Origin: a virus
Taxonomy: Duplodnaviria; Caudoviricetes
Length of the DNA stretch: 64,000 bases
Reading direction: 5' to 3' (one strand)
IMG/VR virus record: IMGVR_UViG_3300024493_000235
Location: 128,001-192,000 of that record
In this document: positions 19,501 through 27,770 of the stretch, piece after piece
Position numbering within the stretch: the first letter of the stretch is position 1
Layout: each line of letters starts with the position of its first letter
Made by a program: the position numbers and the translations under genes
Notes under the pieces: generated by a model
What the model was told of the DNA's origin: nothing
Databases searched by the model: none
Seen by the model: the letters and a program-made list of their open reading frames with translations, nothing else

Positions 19501-22239
19501 AACGTTAGCACCTTTGTCTGTTGTTGCGCTGACGGCATCTTTTGCTTGTTGTACTTTTGCATTCTGTGCTATTTCCTTTACAGCTCCAGCTATATCGAAT
19601 CCTTGCTCCCCTATATGATTGTCTATAAGTTTGTCAACAGAACCAATTGTTCCGGATATAGAATCCTTGACACTTGCTAGAGCTTTACCAAAAGCGGTTT
19701 TCGATGCTTCTTCTTTTCGTTTTGCAAGCCATTTTCCAGGAGCTGAATTATCTATTTTTTCATTGACAGTTTTTCCGAGTGTTGCGCGGGTTCTTTCGAT
19801 CATTGTCATCTTATTGCGTTCGCGCGTATCACGATCGGTTTTAGCTCTGTCTACTTCGATTTGTTTTGAAAGATCCTCGACTTCTGCTTTAAGTTTTTTC
19901 TGCTCATCTTCAAGCCGAGTCTTTTCTTTCTCTTGAGCTGCTTTTACCTCTCTTATTCTTTTTAAGTGAGGAGGAATACCAACACCAAGTTGAGGATATA
20001 CTAAAATCCCTTGATATAAAAGATCGTAAATCTTCTCTAAAGGACTTCCAGACATTTCTCCCAATCCGGTGGAACCTTCACCTTGAACCGCGGCTGTCGC
20101 TTTTAACGCTGCAATCTTTTTATCGATTTCAACGTTTTCAAGTTGCATTTGTTTATATTTCTTTTCGCCACGAAGATCAAAAGCGCCTTGGTTTCCTGAT
20201 ATTTTACTTAAATCGTGTTTTTTACTCGCAAGTTCTACGATGCTGTCTTCAACAATGTTAGCTCCCATTGTAGAACCTTGCCCGTATTCGATCATATTTA
20301 TTTCTTGACGTGTAAGTTCTGTTCGTCGTGATATTTTTCCACGTTCGATATTAAGATAGAAATTACTCTTACTCTCGTCGTCAATACCATCCCATGCGTT
20401 TAAAAATATCATAAACGAATTTGGATTTTTACATCCGCGAGAAAGCATGGCTATCTTTTTATCGTCGGTAATTATAGCGGCTGGATCAAAGAACGTTCCA
20501 GATACCATAATATTTTTAAATATGATATCAAGGTCTTTTTCAAAATCACGTTTACTTACACCGAATCTTGCTGATGCTGTTGCAAACTTAGAGTTATCTC
20601 GTGATGTTAAAGAGCTTCGAGTTTCCCACATGCTTCCAGTTCCGGCAACATCGATTTGACTTTGAAGTCTATTTCGCATATCACTTGCTGTTGTAAATTG
20701 TCCTGTAGTATGATCAAAAACTTTCTTTTCTTGACCGGATATTGCAGAATGAATATCAGCTAATAAACCTGGAATTACTTCAACTATCGATTTGCGAGTT
20801 ACCATATCAAACGGTACTCTTCGATTTGTTGTAGAAACGTTTACCGTCGATTTAGTTCCTGTATCGATATTTAAAAGCTCCGCAATTCCCTGTAAAAAAG
20901 GATTATCAGAACTTTTCATTTTGTAATTAGCCTTTACCATAGCGGCAGGAATTTTAACAGACAACTTATCACTCATTCCACGAAGTTGTTTCTTAAACGG
21001 TGCAGTTGCGACTTGTCCTAAAATCTTTCCAAGTCCGTGAGCAAAGCCTTTTCCACTTCCGCCCATAAGCATCATAGGAAGCATATCTTTTAAACCAGTT
21101 ATTGCATCTAGTCCATACATACTTCCCATTTCTTTTACTTGTTTTGTAGCATGCCCATAAAGACCGCCTAAATCAAATCCACCAGAACTTGTAATAAATT
21201 CGGAAACATTTTTCTTTGCGAATTTGCTCCTAGCTCCAGAAAGAAGCTGCGCAATGGGGGATACAGACTTGCTTCCATCTCCACGGGTGAGATCAATCAT
21301 ATCTGTCAATTGCGCTGTTGCTTTTGCAAAATAATCGGAATAAGTTTTCAAATGTGGCCCTAACATTTCGGCATCAAACTTCGCAACTATTGTTGTAGCA
21401 TGTGAAATTTGTTCAAGAGCATGCATCATTTGCATATGACGTTTTGTATCCAAAACAAGTTGTCTTTTCCATAACTTATTTTGATTTGCGATTTGCTTTG
21501 CACCAGTTACAATTACGGCTTCAAGAAGAGCTTGATTTGCTATAGCATTTTCTTTTCCGCCGCCAGTTACAATTACGGCTTGTTTCTTTATGATCTTTTT
21601 ATCGCCACCTGTTCCGCTTGGAGATGTGGCAATAGGACCCCTATATCCGCCTATACTTCCTTCACGACCGATACCGAACATTTCATCGCGTTCTCTTATA
21701 AGAGAATCTTCACTACGATCAGAAGTAGTCCCCCTTACTTCGGCTTGCTCTCTTGCAGCGGGGCCTGCCGAACTGCTTTCGATATCGTCTTCGCCAAACA
21801 TTTTGTCAAAGTCCATACTTTCCGCAAGTTCAGGATCCAGTTTATATGCTAAATTTTTCTTTGTTTGGTTTACGCCTTTTTCAGCAGCATGTATTTTATC
21901 AGCTAAAGTTTTTTGTCCTTTGATATCTTTTAATACATCTTTAACATCATCGGAAACACCTTTTATATAGCCTCCGACTCTGTTCATATTCTGTTTTATG
22001 GATTGAGCTTGTTCTCGCATTTGCTGCGCCATTTCCACCGCAGATTCTTCAGTTTCTGCAACAGGCGGCATATAATTTTTTATAGAGGTATGAACACCTA
22101 TTCCAAAACCAGAAGCTAAATCTCTAAAGAAAGTTTTCTTTTGTTGTCCTTTTCCGGAAGATCCACCAGAGGCGTCAAAATCGCCAAACGGATCTTCTGC
22201 ATCAAAATCAAAGCCTAACCCATCATTATTTTTTGCCAT
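13555..22239 (-). CDS. Tape-measure-like tail protein / virion lysin with C-terminal M15 (L-Ala-D-Glu-type) peptidase (2894 aa)
   Basis: Very long helical K/A/G-rich ORF with hydrophobic segments. C-terminal REARRSPLTQLAYFAQGR...SKHFSGYAFD...GIEWGGYW...DRPHFE. GGAGG RBS, AACA-N6-TA at 22308-22319. Confidence 0.85.
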   Translation of the reverse strand: MAKNNDGLGFDFDAEDPFGDFDASGGSSGKGQQKKTFFRDLASGFGIGVHTSIKNYMPPVAETEESAVEMAQQMREQAQSIKQNMNRVGGYIKGVSDDVKDVLKDIKGQKTLADKIHAAEKGVNQTKKNLAYKLDPELAESMDFDKMFGEDDIESSSAGPAAREQAEVRGTTSDRSEDSLIRERDEMFGIGREGSIGGYRGPIATSPSGTGGDKKIIKKQAVIVTGGGKENAIANQALLEAVIVTGAKQIANQNKLWKRQLVLDTKRHMQMMHALEQISHATTIVAKFDAEMLGPHLKTYSDYFAKATAQLTDMIDLTRGDGSKSVSPIAQLLSGARSKFAKKNVSEFITSSGGFDLGGLYGHATKQVKEMGSMYGLDAITGLKDMLPMMLMGGSGKGFAHGLGKILGQVATAPFKKQLRGMSDKLSVKIPAAMVKANYKMKSSDNPFLQGIAELLNIDTGTKSTVNVSTTNRRVPFDMVTRKSIVEVIPGLLADIHSAISGQEKKVFDHTTGQFTTASDMRNRLQSQIDVAGTGSMWETRSSLTSRDNSKFATASARFGVSKRDFEKDLDIIFKNIMVSGTFFDPAAIITDDKKIAMLSRGCKNPNSFMIFLNAWDGIDDESKSNFYLNIERGKISRRTELTRQEINMIEYGQGSTMGANIVEDSIVELASKKHDLSKISGNQGAFDLRGEKKYKQMQLENVEIDKKIAALKATAAVQGEGSTGLGEMSGSPLEKIYDLLYQGILVYPQLGVGIPPHLKRIREVKAAQEKEKTRLEDEQKKLKAEVEDLSKQIEVDRAKTDRDTRERNKMTMIERTRATLGKTVNEKIDNSAPGKWLAKRKEEASKTAFGKALASVKDSISGTIGSVDKLIDNHIGEQGFDIAGAVKEIAQNAKVQQAKDAVSATTDKGANVLKTLNDVRKEKGLIAAGKAAFGMTKDAASVTFGKGKAAIQKKIDEEFDKFKTTVTYAKAVELMGDAKEVYRTALQPGGIQVLKDRVKEYTQTKLTPVKTVLESKLPIQQAKDAVSEFQKSPVFVQAVKLTGDAKSVIELAKTKEGRTQLETLVKLKLSETGETLTGKAKESAQLVGNSVALGLAHSAQKYGVNSEGAKKAINELKSGKLSPLGMLRTTFGLLGEKLNIALFGQYEDPKTAKMGVVRRALWVTKELVKNVQDFMLGKKDGKRWGLLYKLASPAMRFFEDFRHQFMEKIGIPFKFIGKSLATRMKWLVRDVKNTLGRVGKGVKEKLSGALDWLSKRSGIKAGKGGLLGGAFGLASKLTGVATGIIGGTVNFGVNREKRKLQQLVAQGKLSIEEYDEKVGELEANLDSEKKRHNEQNAKLDEYASSLTDKKLNSLGFKGQRDELKSLEEKVKGMSYAEETKEFKEKRKIKKANEKINKKFQKFDKLYQETGDEKYRAEAEKYKLSDDQLKAGLTTRELAQRERDDLLRKAEKAHKEQQLERDKKQEEMADDTKEIRTQITAVAGLLGGKVAQDKPLQVQEVSFLEKKFPKPDEAEAKKVDDHIDIKTGYEEGSLEDSIADKQREIAEKANNVVAKTSEPMLTETTTQTGQLEEIKEDMKQLVKLQKKEIDLEEKQGKGKWIDRAIEVGSTAALVTAGGKKAGLFKTLFGKGTRIRGPGGKFITKSGGLKGFFQGLKSAVRYSKLGRNVSAGVKGAKSGKGFFKEFIRSSKRISSINKATKAARVASTAAKGGKLAQLAAKGGKLGQAATKVSKLGKFGKIAGVTLGAVASAMMLKQAWDKGKQKRAAMAQAKQERGTMGAIGELTGLDSFDSSELNADGTKKSLEQQSMDNFKAGRYLVRGQAMKDAKNVAGVATKIPVVAKGVAQGGSKAALALARVAGEGSKLATKAPKIAGMLVKLEQTIWKVLSNPKIAKYISNEAAKRIVSGVVKEAGKNAGKGAAKGALGAVLGAATGGIALVAFAVADFVVGFNNTGNFFKMPPGEQPTTGMKVASGIASALSGLVFGLIPPAWLARTVYEIVGGKEARSKMSELEQKRNAYTEGMKSMGYDTFTPEALAEVDNRTVGTRFFDALPGGKKRREQREAKLLGMDLETYARFKEDRKTYETNMVSQGQANMRRAIANKIAETGANSKEMLDEVAKTGVIGGYHSDALGKHNYDDVGRYIDISVIERKAAQGDTMFSVVILPEAQDIISGKIKDFSPEAKKHLAMLGFGTMLRTSAVDKQMQNIAAGMIPGVNIPESAENMSLEDIKAHEAKLDKKEKVSLSKWWGKRLAKMKNRMADFKEARKKFAEKAVDSFYSITGKLGNLKDYVTSGDMWADVKDTAEKIKDKIVAGFNTAIDGVKNAISAVGDFISGLWHKITSFVTELPGKVADFVTSIPGNVMNWGKDKLNKLSNWWHSENTDFNEGYNSTIQDNAKNVSGAELALSAHPVAGAVQATVGLGKDVGDAAKQAMSIEDQAKAAFEAYPIDPKTRPGSSNIYRTVGNKAMTVRDFVTECVKNKSVPGVQSGMQNGADSYNPKDKKSRRLRQMQNRMADANPFADIINSIRSNAFSILGRQDEDTSTTTGDGGGTPAAYTGTFNPSELENIQTSQQASGYFWSNATKGLNAYLTDRLRAGDTQFYEKLADKVKDPTSMGQNKDIETLNPIFKQKVKALQDDPGVKAIGGLRIREARRSPLTQLAYFAQGRSRDTNFMDRMFQKAGLGNKAWSYNQPNTQTIGSKHFSGYAFDAEDYGKPNDYYDKLGSIAKKYGIEWGGYWDGNFKDRPHFEMPSSQISRPAIPQSVTAQSGMQNGADSYNPKLIEANTPTSVNYMKDQNSKIEESLDLKRLMEHSEKMINVLHSDNIRIIELLSETLEFHTQTFTEEAPMREYYRSQGGSKGSPVKSAFASTLKNITGGSMNKKNMDIPMHTSKT
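13897..13939. repeat. 43-bp perfect direct repeat, copy 1 (encodes QSGMQNGADSYNPK)
   Basis: tttcggattatacgaatccgcaccgttttgcataccggattga, identical to 14737-14779. Confidence 0.95.
14737..14779. repeat. 43-bp perfect direct repeat, copy 2
   Basis: Identical to 13897-13939, 840 bp away (in frame). Confidence 0.95.
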
Positions 22240-22388
22240 GGTGACACCTCCTTTATATAGAATTTTTTAAGGTAATTTTCATAATACCTTCCTTTAAGGA
22301 CTTAATTTAATACAATGTTTTCTAGCTAAAAATAGCCTATTTTTCTAAATAATTTTTAAGTATATATAATTTGTCAAGGAGGAAAAAC

Positions 22389-23069
22389 ATGAAAAAAGCT
22401 ATAGATATCGTAACTATGGTTATTGATAAAAGAACACAATTCGTCAATAAACAACGTGAGGCAGAAGAAAAATCCGCAGAATCGTATGTTAACGAATTTA
22501 AAAATTGGGACGCTACAGTATTCAAAACTCTCAATGAAATTGTCTATGGCATTATCAAAGGCAAAATGGAGAGAATCGCCAAAGCGTATAAAGGGGACGC
22601 ACGCACATATTTTATTAGCATTCTTAAAAATTGCGTAACCTTTTCGTTTGAAATATCAACAAAAGAAATCGAAGACGGATTTAGATTAAAAGAATTTTAT
22701 TTCCAACGTTGCATTACATGGAAACAGTTATTTAGACCACTTCCAAAAGACAGTGTAATGGATAAATCCATACTATCGGTATGTGACACAATCTGCAAAC
22801 TTCAAAATCCGGCTAACGAACTTAAGTGGTACACTCTTGGTATAACCCAAGAAGCTTTGACCAAACATTCCTTAGATCGATTAAACGACGGAGTAACAGA
22901 ATTCTTTACATCAAATGATGGTAGTAATTGTTCCGTAGAATTTGAATTATTACCAATTCGAGACGGCCTTCCTTCAGAGAACATGAAGGATTTCAAATTC
23001 GATTGTAAAGTACGAATGTATCTTAAAGAAGAATTGCCAACAAATGTACAGTTTATTTTCAATCCCTAA
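22389..23069 (+). CDS. Hypothetical protein (start reassigned to MKKAIDI)
   Basis: AAGGAGG RBS before ATG 22389, TATATATAAT at 22361-22370. Confidence 0.8.
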   Translation: MKKAIDIVTMVIDKRTQFVNKQREAEEKSAESYVNEFKNWDATVFKTLNEIVYGIIKGKMERIAKAYKGDARTYFISILKNCVTFSFEISTKEIEDGFRLKEFYFQRCITWKQLFRPLPKDSVMDKSILSVCDTICKLQNPANELKWYTLGITQEALTKHSLDRLNDGVTEFFTSNDGSNCSVEFELLPIRDGLPSENMKDFKFDCKVRMYLKEELPTNVQFIFNP

Positions 23070-23124
23070 TTTCTTCGTTTTAGCCTTGTTTATAAATATA
23101 CATAATAACTAACAAGGAGATGAT

Positions 23125-23787
23125 ATGGGAAAACGAATAAAAGAAGTAACTCTTGAAGAAGAAAACAATATCGTTCATGGTATTGGTGACAAATTTAAGT
23201 TTTCTCGAAAAGCCTTTCGAGAAAAAGAATTCGACAAGACTATTGGTGATTTAGACAAACGCAATGTCGAAGTCATTGACAGGGACAAAAACACAGGAAA
23301 GATATTTCATTTCATATGGAATATTGGAAAAAGCAACGATAATATCGACGACACAAGAGAAGGAAAGGGAGGATTTTCATTTTATTTATCAAGATATGTA
23401 TATTACGATATATACAAAATGGAAGTACCCGACCTTGTAGAAGCACAATACCGACATGAACGTACTGCATATGTAGGACAAATATTTGATCCGGAAAGAC
23501 CGCACGCAAGAACAAAAACTCCGGTAGCCATAGTAATACAACTGAAGGAAGAAAAAAGGGATAGAATTCGAATCATTTCTTCATATATGAAAGATCTTGA
23601 TCATGGTATTACAGAGTTATATTATGATCGAGCATTAAAAATGGCGCGGAAAGGAGCTCAACAACAAAAAATAACCTTAGAAAAAACTGTTATCGAAGGC
23701 CCAGTCGATGATCCTCCGCCAGGAGAAGTACAAAAAGCAATCAATGAAATCATGGGTTATCCAGATGACGATTCCGAGATAACATGA
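23125..23787 (+). CDS. BrnT/RelE-like domain protein (220 aa)
   Basis: FIWNIGKSNDN...GFSF...R..YVG...IRIISS resembles the BrnT (DUF497) pattern. AAGGAG RBS, TATACATAAT at 23097-23106. Confidence 0.6.
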   Translation: MGKRIKEVTLEEENNIVHGIGDKFKFSRKAFREKEFDKTIGDLDKRNVEVIDRDKNTGKIFHFIWNIGKSNDNIDDTREGKGGFSFYLSRYVYYDIYKMEVPDLVEAQYRHERTAYVGQIFDPERPHARTKTPVAIVIQLKEEKRDRIRIISSYMKDLDHGITELYYDRALKMARKGAQQQKITLEKTVIEGPVDDPPPGEVQKAINEIMGYPDDDSEIT

Positions 23788-23791
23788 AATC

Positions 23792-23832
23792 ATCCGGGGC
23801 CATTACGGCCCCGGATATTATTTATTTTTTTT
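23792..23832 (+). terminator. Intrinsic terminator
   Basis: ATCCGGGGCC-attac-GGCCCCGGAT plus T-tract. Same stem as at 11025. Confidence 0.85.
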
Positions 23833-23960
23833 GATCCTGTAATAATGACAATGTTAAGTATATATAATATCAATAGGATAAAGAATAAATAGATTATTAA
23901 GTCTTGGATCGTTGATCCGCGCTTGTAACAATGTTATTCTTTTAACTAGAGGTGAGCAAA

Positions 23961-24188
23961 ATGTCAGATGCGGAAATTGCGCGGATCTATGCGCAAGAGA
24001 ATGGGAGGCCGACACATCGTCGTAAAGGAGTGCGTATCGCACGAATGCCGTGGGAAAGTGATAGTGATTTTAGGTTTCGGCAAATAGAAGCCGATGCTGA
24101 CTACATCGCAAATCGCGGTCTCAGGGTTGTAACTATTGTTGTTGCCAAAATGCCAAAAGCATGGTACCCGAAGAAACGCAAGATGTAA
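23961..24188 (+). CDS. Small basic hypothetical protein (75 aa, MSDAEIAR...)
   Basis: GAGGTG RBS, own TATATATAAT at 23859-23868, terminator at 24196-24218. Confidence 0.75.
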   Translation: MSDAEIARIYAQENGRPTHRRKGVRIARMPWESDSDFRFRQIEADADYIANRGLRVVTIVVAKMPKAWYPKKRKM

Positions 24189-24195
24189 AAACACA

Positions 24196-24218
24196 AAGGC
24201 CTGCAAATAGCAGGCCTT
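24196..24218. terminator. Hairpin terminator between convergent genes
   Basis: AAGGCCTGC-aaata-GCAGGCCTT. Confidence 0.7.
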
Positions 24219-24221
24219 ACG

Positions 24222-24659
24222 TCAAATTTTTTGTAAAATGCTGCGAATCTCTTCTTTGTTTTTAGATATAGCAGTTTCTTCTTTCTTTACGATTGTCCTT
24301 AAAAAGTTAACACCGTCAGAAGTTAATACCCGTATTCTTCGTTTGTTAAAGTCTGTACAGCTTGTCATGTTGTTTATCATAAGAAGTATGTACCAAAAAT
24401 CAACGGTATTATACATATCACTTGACAATCTTTTTGGTCTAAATCGGTATTTATTAATATCGGAATCATTAAGGATTCTAATCGATGTGAATTCCATTAT
24501 TTTATTAAAATACCGATCTCTGAAAATATTTGAATCCTCTAATATTTCTCCGTTTATAACTTTGAAATACGAAGAATTTTGGAATTGGACAAAGTTTTCT
24601 GTGCTTATTTTTATAAAATCATCGATAGTTCTTAGGTTTGTATTGGCAAGCATTTTCAT
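24222..24659 (-). CDS. Baseplate wedge protein, LysM-like / T4 gp53-like (145 aa)
   Basis: YRFRPKRLSSDMYNTVDFWYILLMINN matches the RPxxlSxxxYg...wxiLxxN pattern of gp53-like proteins. Confidence 0.75.
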   Translation of the reverse strand: MKMLANTNLRTIDDFIKISTENFVQFQNSSYFKVINGEILEDSNIFRDRYFNKIMEFTSIRILNDSDINKYRFRPKRLSSDMYNTVDFWYILLMINNMTSCTDFNKRRIRVLTSDGVNFLRTIVKKEETAISKNKEEIRSILQKI

Positions 24660-24674
24660 GACATGGCCTCTCCT

Positions 24675-25142
24675 TTAAAATGCACTTCTTAAAACAGAAG
24701 CTGCAGCTATAATTCTTAAATCCTTGAACTTAGATTCTAATAAATTTACAACTTCTCGAATAGATGCAAGATACGATTTATCACTTGGCATATACGCACT
24801 AAGTGTCGGAGGATAAACGTTATACGGATATTCCGGTCGCAATAATATAGCGGAAGCCGCAGCTACTTGTATTGTCCGTGCTTTAGCTTTTCTTACTGCA
24901 CGTATCATATCGTTATCTTTGTATGTGGATTCTAATAAATTAAGGACACCAAAAACAGACCATACATAAGGAACCATTGTTGCCATATATTCTGGATTTT
25001 TTGGTGTTACAATAGCATTTGGCATAAATATTTTACCTGTAGTTTTTACCTTTGCTACGGCCCTCATCATTCTTTTATCAAAGAATGTAGATTCAAGCAG
25101 AGAAAGGCATACTTCTAGCGCATTTACCCATGAGCTTGTCAT
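24675..25142 (-). CDS. Hypothetical protein with three internal LLES-x-(F/Y)-x-D repeats (start reassigned to MTSSW)
   Basis: GAGGA RBS before ATG 25142, AACA-N6-TA at 25157-25168. Confidence 0.75.
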   Translation of the reverse strand: MTSSWVNALEVCLSLLESTFFDKRMMRAVAKVKTTGKIFMPNAIVTPKNPEYMATMVPYVWSVFGVLNLLESTYKDNDMIRAVRKAKARTIQVAAASAILLRPEYPYNVYPPTLSAYMPSDKSYLASIREVVNLLESKFKDLRIIAAASVLRSAF

Positions 25143-25220
25143 ATTCTTTTCCTCATTATCTCGATGTTTTAGGCATGCAAAATACGTAAAAAACATCTTA
25201 ATAATAAAAGGGAGTTTGTT

Positions 25221-26207
25221 ATGTACGTAGGAGATTCTATTTACGAATTAAAACGAGCAGACTATACCGCAGGAAAGATGGTTGGAAAAGTATTAAAGAC
25301 ACAAGAAGAAGTAAAAGATGCATCCTATGTCGGTTTTTATATTCCCAAGATTCTTCCACTCATGGATGCTACAAATGGCCCAGAAGAAACATCATACGAT
25401 ATAGATAAATCCATATTTGCAAATTCTGTAAACTGCGAAAGTTCGATACCAGTTGCAAATTATATCAAATGTAAATACGTAACGTATTCTAATATGAGTC
25501 AGCCTATTATAGCATTAGGAGAATCCGCATATTGTTATTTTTTTGACGGAGACTATAAACACCCGTTTTATACCAATGAATATTCAGAAGAAAGAAGACG
25601 AAAAACTGACATTCTTGAAGTGTATGTATATGGAAAACCTGATTCCGATTATGTGCCTGATGATTATTACAAAATCGTCTTAAATTCAAAAGACAAAAAA
25701 TTATTTCTTCACACATCAAAAGAAAATGGGGAAAAATATACATACGATTTTATCATCGATGCTGAAGAAGGAACAACTGAAATTAAAGACGACACAGGTA
25801 ACTCTCTTAAATTGATTACAAAAGACAAACATTGGAAAATGATAAATGCGACCGGGTCTTTTATAGAAATAAAAGACAAAGATGGAGATATTTATGTACC
25901 AGGAGATTTTGGTATAAAGTGCAACAACTTAAAAGTCGATGCTAAAATTTCTATAGAGGAAAAAGCTGGTGCTAAAATAGAGATAACTGCTCCAAAAATT
26001 GACATAAAAGGGGATGCTGCGGTTACCGTTAATACGGCAATTATGACATTTAACGTTTCAGGTATTTTAAAATCAACGGCACCTATGAATAAATTCGATG
26101 TCGCCGCTACAATTAATACTTTATTAGTAGAAGCAATGTTTACAAGCACAGCGCCAACTAATAAATGTGAAGGACTTGTAGTAGCGAGAATGTTTATGAT
26201 TGGGTAA
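25221..26207 (+). CDS. Baseplate central spike / gp5-VgrG-like protein (328 aa)
   Basis: N-terminal OB-like part (P.I.LGE...YFFDGD...PFY) and repetitive beta-helix-like C-terminus. GGGAG RBS, AACA-N6-TA at 25192-25203. Confidence 0.7.
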   Translation: MYVGDSIYELKRADYTAGKMVGKVLKTQEEVKDASYVGFYIPKILPLMDATNGPEETSYDIDKSIFANSVNCESSIPVANYIKCKYVTYSNMSQPIIALGESAYCYFFDGDYKHPFYTNEYSEERRRKTDILEVYVYGKPDSDYVPDDYYKIVLNSKDKKLFLHTSKENGEKYTYDFIIDAEEGTTEIKDDTGNSLKLITKDKHWKMINATGSFIEIKDKDGDIYVPGDFGIKCNNLKVDAKISIEEKAGAKIEITAPKIDIKGDAAVTVNTAIMTFNVSGILKSTAPMNKFDVAATINTLLVEAMFTSTAPTNKCEGLVVARMFMIG

Positions 26208-26219
26208 AAAGGATCACAA

Positions 26220-26927
26220 ATGAAGGTATTGACCATTGCTCCAGAGAGATTGACCGAGGAATGTACGAAATTCACGGATATAAGACTTAATCAATTTCTT
26301 GAAAAATATGGCGCATTTAAAAAAGGCCATCTTTCCATTAAAAAGACCGAAAAAATAAACGATATTGCAAATCCACATCAATTAAGTGCATTCTCAAGGG
26401 TACTCGACTTTTTCAAAGAAAAAGAAAAAGTTTTCACAGCGCACAAAGATCGTTTATTTAATTACGAGATAAAAGGTAACGAATTATCTGATATAGAAGT
26501 TCCTTTAGTTACCTTTTTAAATAATGTAGCCGACTCAGATTATGATTTTGCACGTAAAACTATCGTTTTGACTTCCGGAACATTTTGGGAAAATTATAGA
26601 ATTTCAAGAGATTATATAATTCACTATTTATCCAAAATGTGCGATAAAGGAGCATTTGTAAAAATATTTTCAAACTCAACGAAAGTATCCGATTTACCAC
26701 GATGCATTTATAAAGATTCATATTTTGGATATACAAATCCTTTACCTCTTCATTTCATAAAAATAGACAGTGATTATCTATTTTTGGAATTTCCGCATAC
26801 TGAAAAGACAAAATTTCGTTTAGCTGTATTCTTAGATTTAAACAATCTTAAAGATGAGTGGCGAAACGGCTTTACCAAAGAAGACCTATCTAAGTTCTTA
26901 AATGAACTTGTATTCGAGACATTATAA
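26220..26927 (+). CDS. Hypothetical protein (235 aa)
   Basis: AAGGA RBS, long ORF, terminator at 26935-26965. Confidence 0.8.
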   Translation: MKVLTIAPERLTEECTKFTDIRLNQFLEKYGAFKKGHLSIKKTEKINDIANPHQLSAFSRVLDFFKEKEKVFTAHKDRLFNYEIKGNELSDIEVPLVTFLNNVADSDYDFARKTIVLTSGTFWENYRISRDYIIHYLSKMCDKGAFVKIFSNSTKVSDLPRCIYKDSYFGYTNPLPLHFIKIDSDYLFLEFPHTEKTKFRLAVFLDLNNLKDEWRNGFTKEDLSKFLNELVFETL

Positions 26928-26934
26928 ACAATAT

Positions 26935-26965
26935 CCTACGGGCTTTTATAGCCCGTAGGTATTTT
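26935..26965 (+). terminator. Intrinsic terminator
   Basis: CCTACGGGCT-tttat-AGCCCGTAGG followed by T-rich sequence. Confidence 0.75.
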
Positions 26966-27014
26966 CAAAACAACTTTTGCCTATACATCATAATAGTACA
27001 GGAAAGGAGTTTAT

Positions 27015-27731
27015 ATGACCTTTAAGAAATTTTTCGCGTTTTTTAAGAAAAAAGAAACTATGGAAGTTTGGAAAATCCGTCTCATTGTCAAAACTTTTGA
27101 CTCTATGTATAAAGAGTTTCGTGCAGATAAATCCGGTTCAGGCTTTAAAATAGAATTTGCCGCCGATATAACTCTTAAGTGCTGGAAACAAATAAAGACC
27201 CTTCTTAAAAATGAAGGTCGAAAGCCTATAGCGACAATAGAGTTCATAAACCGGAAATATTCGAAGTCCAAAAGTATCGCAATGGTAAAGAAAAATGATG
27301 CACATATGTGCATTACAAATACCCTCGCTCTTATTTACGCCATAAACGAAGAACTCACGGACGGGATTCAAAGTGTACAAACAACTCACACACTTTCTGA
27401 CTACGTGTTCTTAAAACTTATATTTTCTTCTTGTTACAGCATTATTAGCGTTTTTGATTCATGGATATCGAAAGAATTGTTGGAAACATATAATCCGATA
27501 ATCGATATTGTACAAAAATGTCTTGATAAAAATTTTGTATCACTTGAAAATATTAAGGATTTAAGCGAGCATTATAACTCGATTATTAGGCTGCTTACAA
27601 ACAAAGTGGTCAACTTACATAGCAGTGAAGCAAGAATGGCTTTCGATCCAGATACAAAACACATGGAACGGGTAAATGCAATAAAAGACAAGAGCACAAA
27701 CGAAGTTCCTATTCCAAAGAATCCAATTTAA
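27015..27731 (+). CDS. Hypothetical protein (238 aa)
   Basis: AAGGAG RBS, TATACATCAT at 26982-26991. Confidence 0.8.
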   Translation: MTFKKFFAFFKKKETMEVWKIRLIVKTFDSMYKEFRADKSGSGFKIEFAADITLKCWKQIKTLLKNEGRKPIATIEFINRKYSKSKSIAMVKKNDAHMCITNTLALIYAINEELTDGIQSVQTTHTLSDYVFLKLIFSSCYSIISVFDSWISKELLETYNPIIDIVQKCLDKNFVSLENIKDLSEHYNSIIRLLTNKVVNLHSSEARMAFDPDTKHMERVNAIKDKSTNEVPIPKNPI

Positions 27732-27734
27732 GCG

Positions 27735-27770
27735 ATATCACAGAGGGCAAATGCCCTCTGTGATATTTAT
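27735..27770. terminator. Bidirectional terminator
   Basis: ATATCACAGAGGGCA-aa-TGCCCTCTGTGATAT. Confidence 0.85.

Noticed and set aside
14534-21970. Numerous + strand ORFs antisense to the 2894-aa gene, and similar shadows elsewhere (35195-36031, 55638-56036)
   Set aside because: Antisense shadows of biased codon usage, with no RBS or promoter motifs and no recognisable domains.
11025-23816. Identical ATCCGGGGCC stems at 11026 and 23792 as a mobile repeat
   Set aside because: Both sit right after stop codons with T-tracts and are adequately explained as related terminators.
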